Source: Planctomycetota bacterium (GTDB taxonomy: Bacteria; Planctomycetota; UBA8742; UBA2392). From it: a stretch of DNA of 64,000 nt. Numbering within the stretch: the stretch's first letter is position 1; the number at the start of each line of letters is the position of its first letter. The notes below the pieces were generated by a model. It ran no database searches. It had not been told where the DNA came from and worked only from the letters and a program-made list of their open reading frames with translations. The translations under genes were made by a program, and so were the position numbers. Below, piece after piece: positions 62,980 to 64,000 of the stretch. The stretch lies in contig QEVF01000009.1 of assembly GCA_003576915.1 (NCBI GenBank), forward strand, positions 17,638 to 81,637. The letters run 5' to 3'.

Positions 62980-64000
62980 ATGAAGAGTTTGGCGAGTGTG
63001 ATGCTGTCGGCTTTGCTGGCGCTGTGCGCCGGCGCGCTGACGGCCCAGGACGCGGACAGGCTGACCACCACGGGCGGAGACGTCCTGATCGGCAAGTTCA
63101 TCAAGCTCGAAGGCGGCAAGGTTCACTTCGAGGCGGCCAAGGTGGGCAACGTGCAGGTGGCCCCCGCGGACATCAAGGAGATCAGCCTGGCCTCGGCGCG
63201 CGAGGTGAAGTGGCGCACGGGAGACGACGTCCAGCGCCAGGAAAGCGGCACGCTCTCCTCGCGTGACGGAAAACTGGTGCTCAAGGATGCCTCAGGCGAG
63301 CGCGAGATTGACCTTTCCAGGTTCAAGGGCATCAATGAAACGGTGCCCGACGAGCGGCCCCAGTGGGATATCGGCGCGCGCCTCTTCTTCGGCTGGACGG
63401 AGGGCAACACCGAAACCTACTCCATGGGTTTCCGCTTCGACATCAAGCGCACGACCAAGCACAACCAGAACATCCTCTACGGCGAGGGCAACTACCTGCA
63501 GGACCGCCTGCTGGATGAAGACCAGGTGCGCCGCCGCGACTTCGCCTTCGGCTACGCCTACCGCTACATTTTTGATTTCAACCTGACCATCGACGTCACG
63601 GAAGACCTCTACTTCAACGAGCTGGCGGGCTTCCACTGGCGCAGCGTCACGGGCGTGGGCCCCGGCTACTTCATTGTGCGCCAGCCCAAGACCACGCTGC
63701 ACGCGGGCGCCCACCTTACTTACACCTATGAAGACCAGATGAACGGCGCCGAAGATCGCGGCTACATCGGCGCGCGCGCCCGCGGCGAGTTCGAGACCTT
63801 TCAGCTCGACGACAACCTGCACATCAAGGCCGTCAGCGAGATTCTGTTCGACTTCGACGAGACGAAGAACCTCGTCGTGAACAACTCGCTGCTGGTCGAG
63901 TACAAGTTCGCCGGCTACTTCACCGCGGGCATGCTGCTCCGTCACACCTGGGACAACATCCCGCCCGAGGGTTTCCGCCACCACGACTTCAATTTCCTGT
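62980..64000 (+). CDS. DUF481-like outer-membrane protein, 3' end cut by the window edge
   Basis: Not in the ORF track because it has no stop. My manual translation from the ATG at 62980 is open to base 64000. Signal peptide MKSLASVMLSALLALCAGALTA. FFGWTEGNTETYSMGF... is typical of DUF481/YdiY-like proteins. Confidence 0.7.
   Translation, partial: MKSLASVMLSALLALCAGALTAQDADRLTTTGGDVLIGKFIKLEGGKVHFEAAKVGNVQVAPADIKEISLASAREVKWRTGDDVQRQESGTLSSRDGKLVLKDASGEREIDLSRFKGINETVPDERPQWDIGARLFFGWTEGNTETYSMGFRFDIKRTTKHNQNILYGEGNYLQDRLLDEDQVRRRDFAFGYAYRYIFDFNLTIDVTEDLYFNELAGFHWRSVTGVGPGYFIVRQPKTTLHAGAHLTYTYEDQMNGAEDRGYIGARARGEFETFQLDDNLHIKAVSEILFDFDETKNLVVNNSLLVEYKFAGYFTAGMLLRHTWDNIPPEGFRHHDFNFL

Noticed and set aside
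63292-63984. 230-aa minus-strand ORF
   Set aside because: It is antisense to the open-ended DUF481-like gene, which has a signal peptide and family-typical sequence.
1-64000. CRISPR arrays, rRNA genes, IS elements or transposases, prophage genes
   Set aside because: I saw no regularly spaced repeat arrays, no rRNA-like conserved blocks, and no DDE, serine or tyrosine recombinase motifs in any credible ORF.

Overview
The window is a GC-rich chromosomal segment from a diderm bacterium. Gene content is reminiscent of PVC/Planctomycetota-like lineages, but taxonomy cannot be established from this sequence alone. It is densely coding, and most long ORFs in the six-frame track are antisense shadows of real genes, as expected at high GC. 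I support about 55 CDSs, one tRNA-Phe, several intrinsic terminators and two promoters. I found no rRNA, CRISPR array, transposase or integrase.

Gene blocks, in order:
1. 2-5431: Bat-like module (VWA protein, transglutaminase-like membrane protein, DUF58).
2. 6809-9172: aminotransferase and myo-inositol-1-phosphate synthase.
3. 9191-27747: a co-directional minus-strand envelope cluster of about 18 kb. It encodes a PilM/PilN-like fusion, a bitopic protein, an EF-hand protein, a lipoprotein secretin, two TPR/helical-repeat proteins (1340 and 443 aa), ExbB and three ExbD paralogs. No ATPase, pilin or TonB is present.
4. 28166-50526: housekeeping genes (UDG4, NrnA, FAH, CoaB, asparaginase, LtaE, a KS/CLF/thioesterase trio, MutT, DksA-like, SurE).
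5. 50544-54322: the most interesting locus (detailed below).
6. 54533-64000: tRNA-Phe, thiolase, NadC, a tandem P-domain lipoprotein, porin, cytochrome c, BtuF-like protein and a 3'-truncated DUF481 protein.

The 50544-54322 locus is headed by a mercury-type MerR gene with a Tn501-like operator and a 19-bp-spacer promoter. It encodes an outer-membrane barrel and five exported HMA/MerP-like proteins. In four of the five, the two metal-binding cysteine positions are occupied by paired in-frame TGA codons (UxxU or UxxxU). A ninth in-frame TGA lies in the barrel's signal peptide. I interpret these as a cluster of selenocysteine-containing metal-binding proteins. This remains an inference until SECIS elements and the selABCD genes are confirmed.
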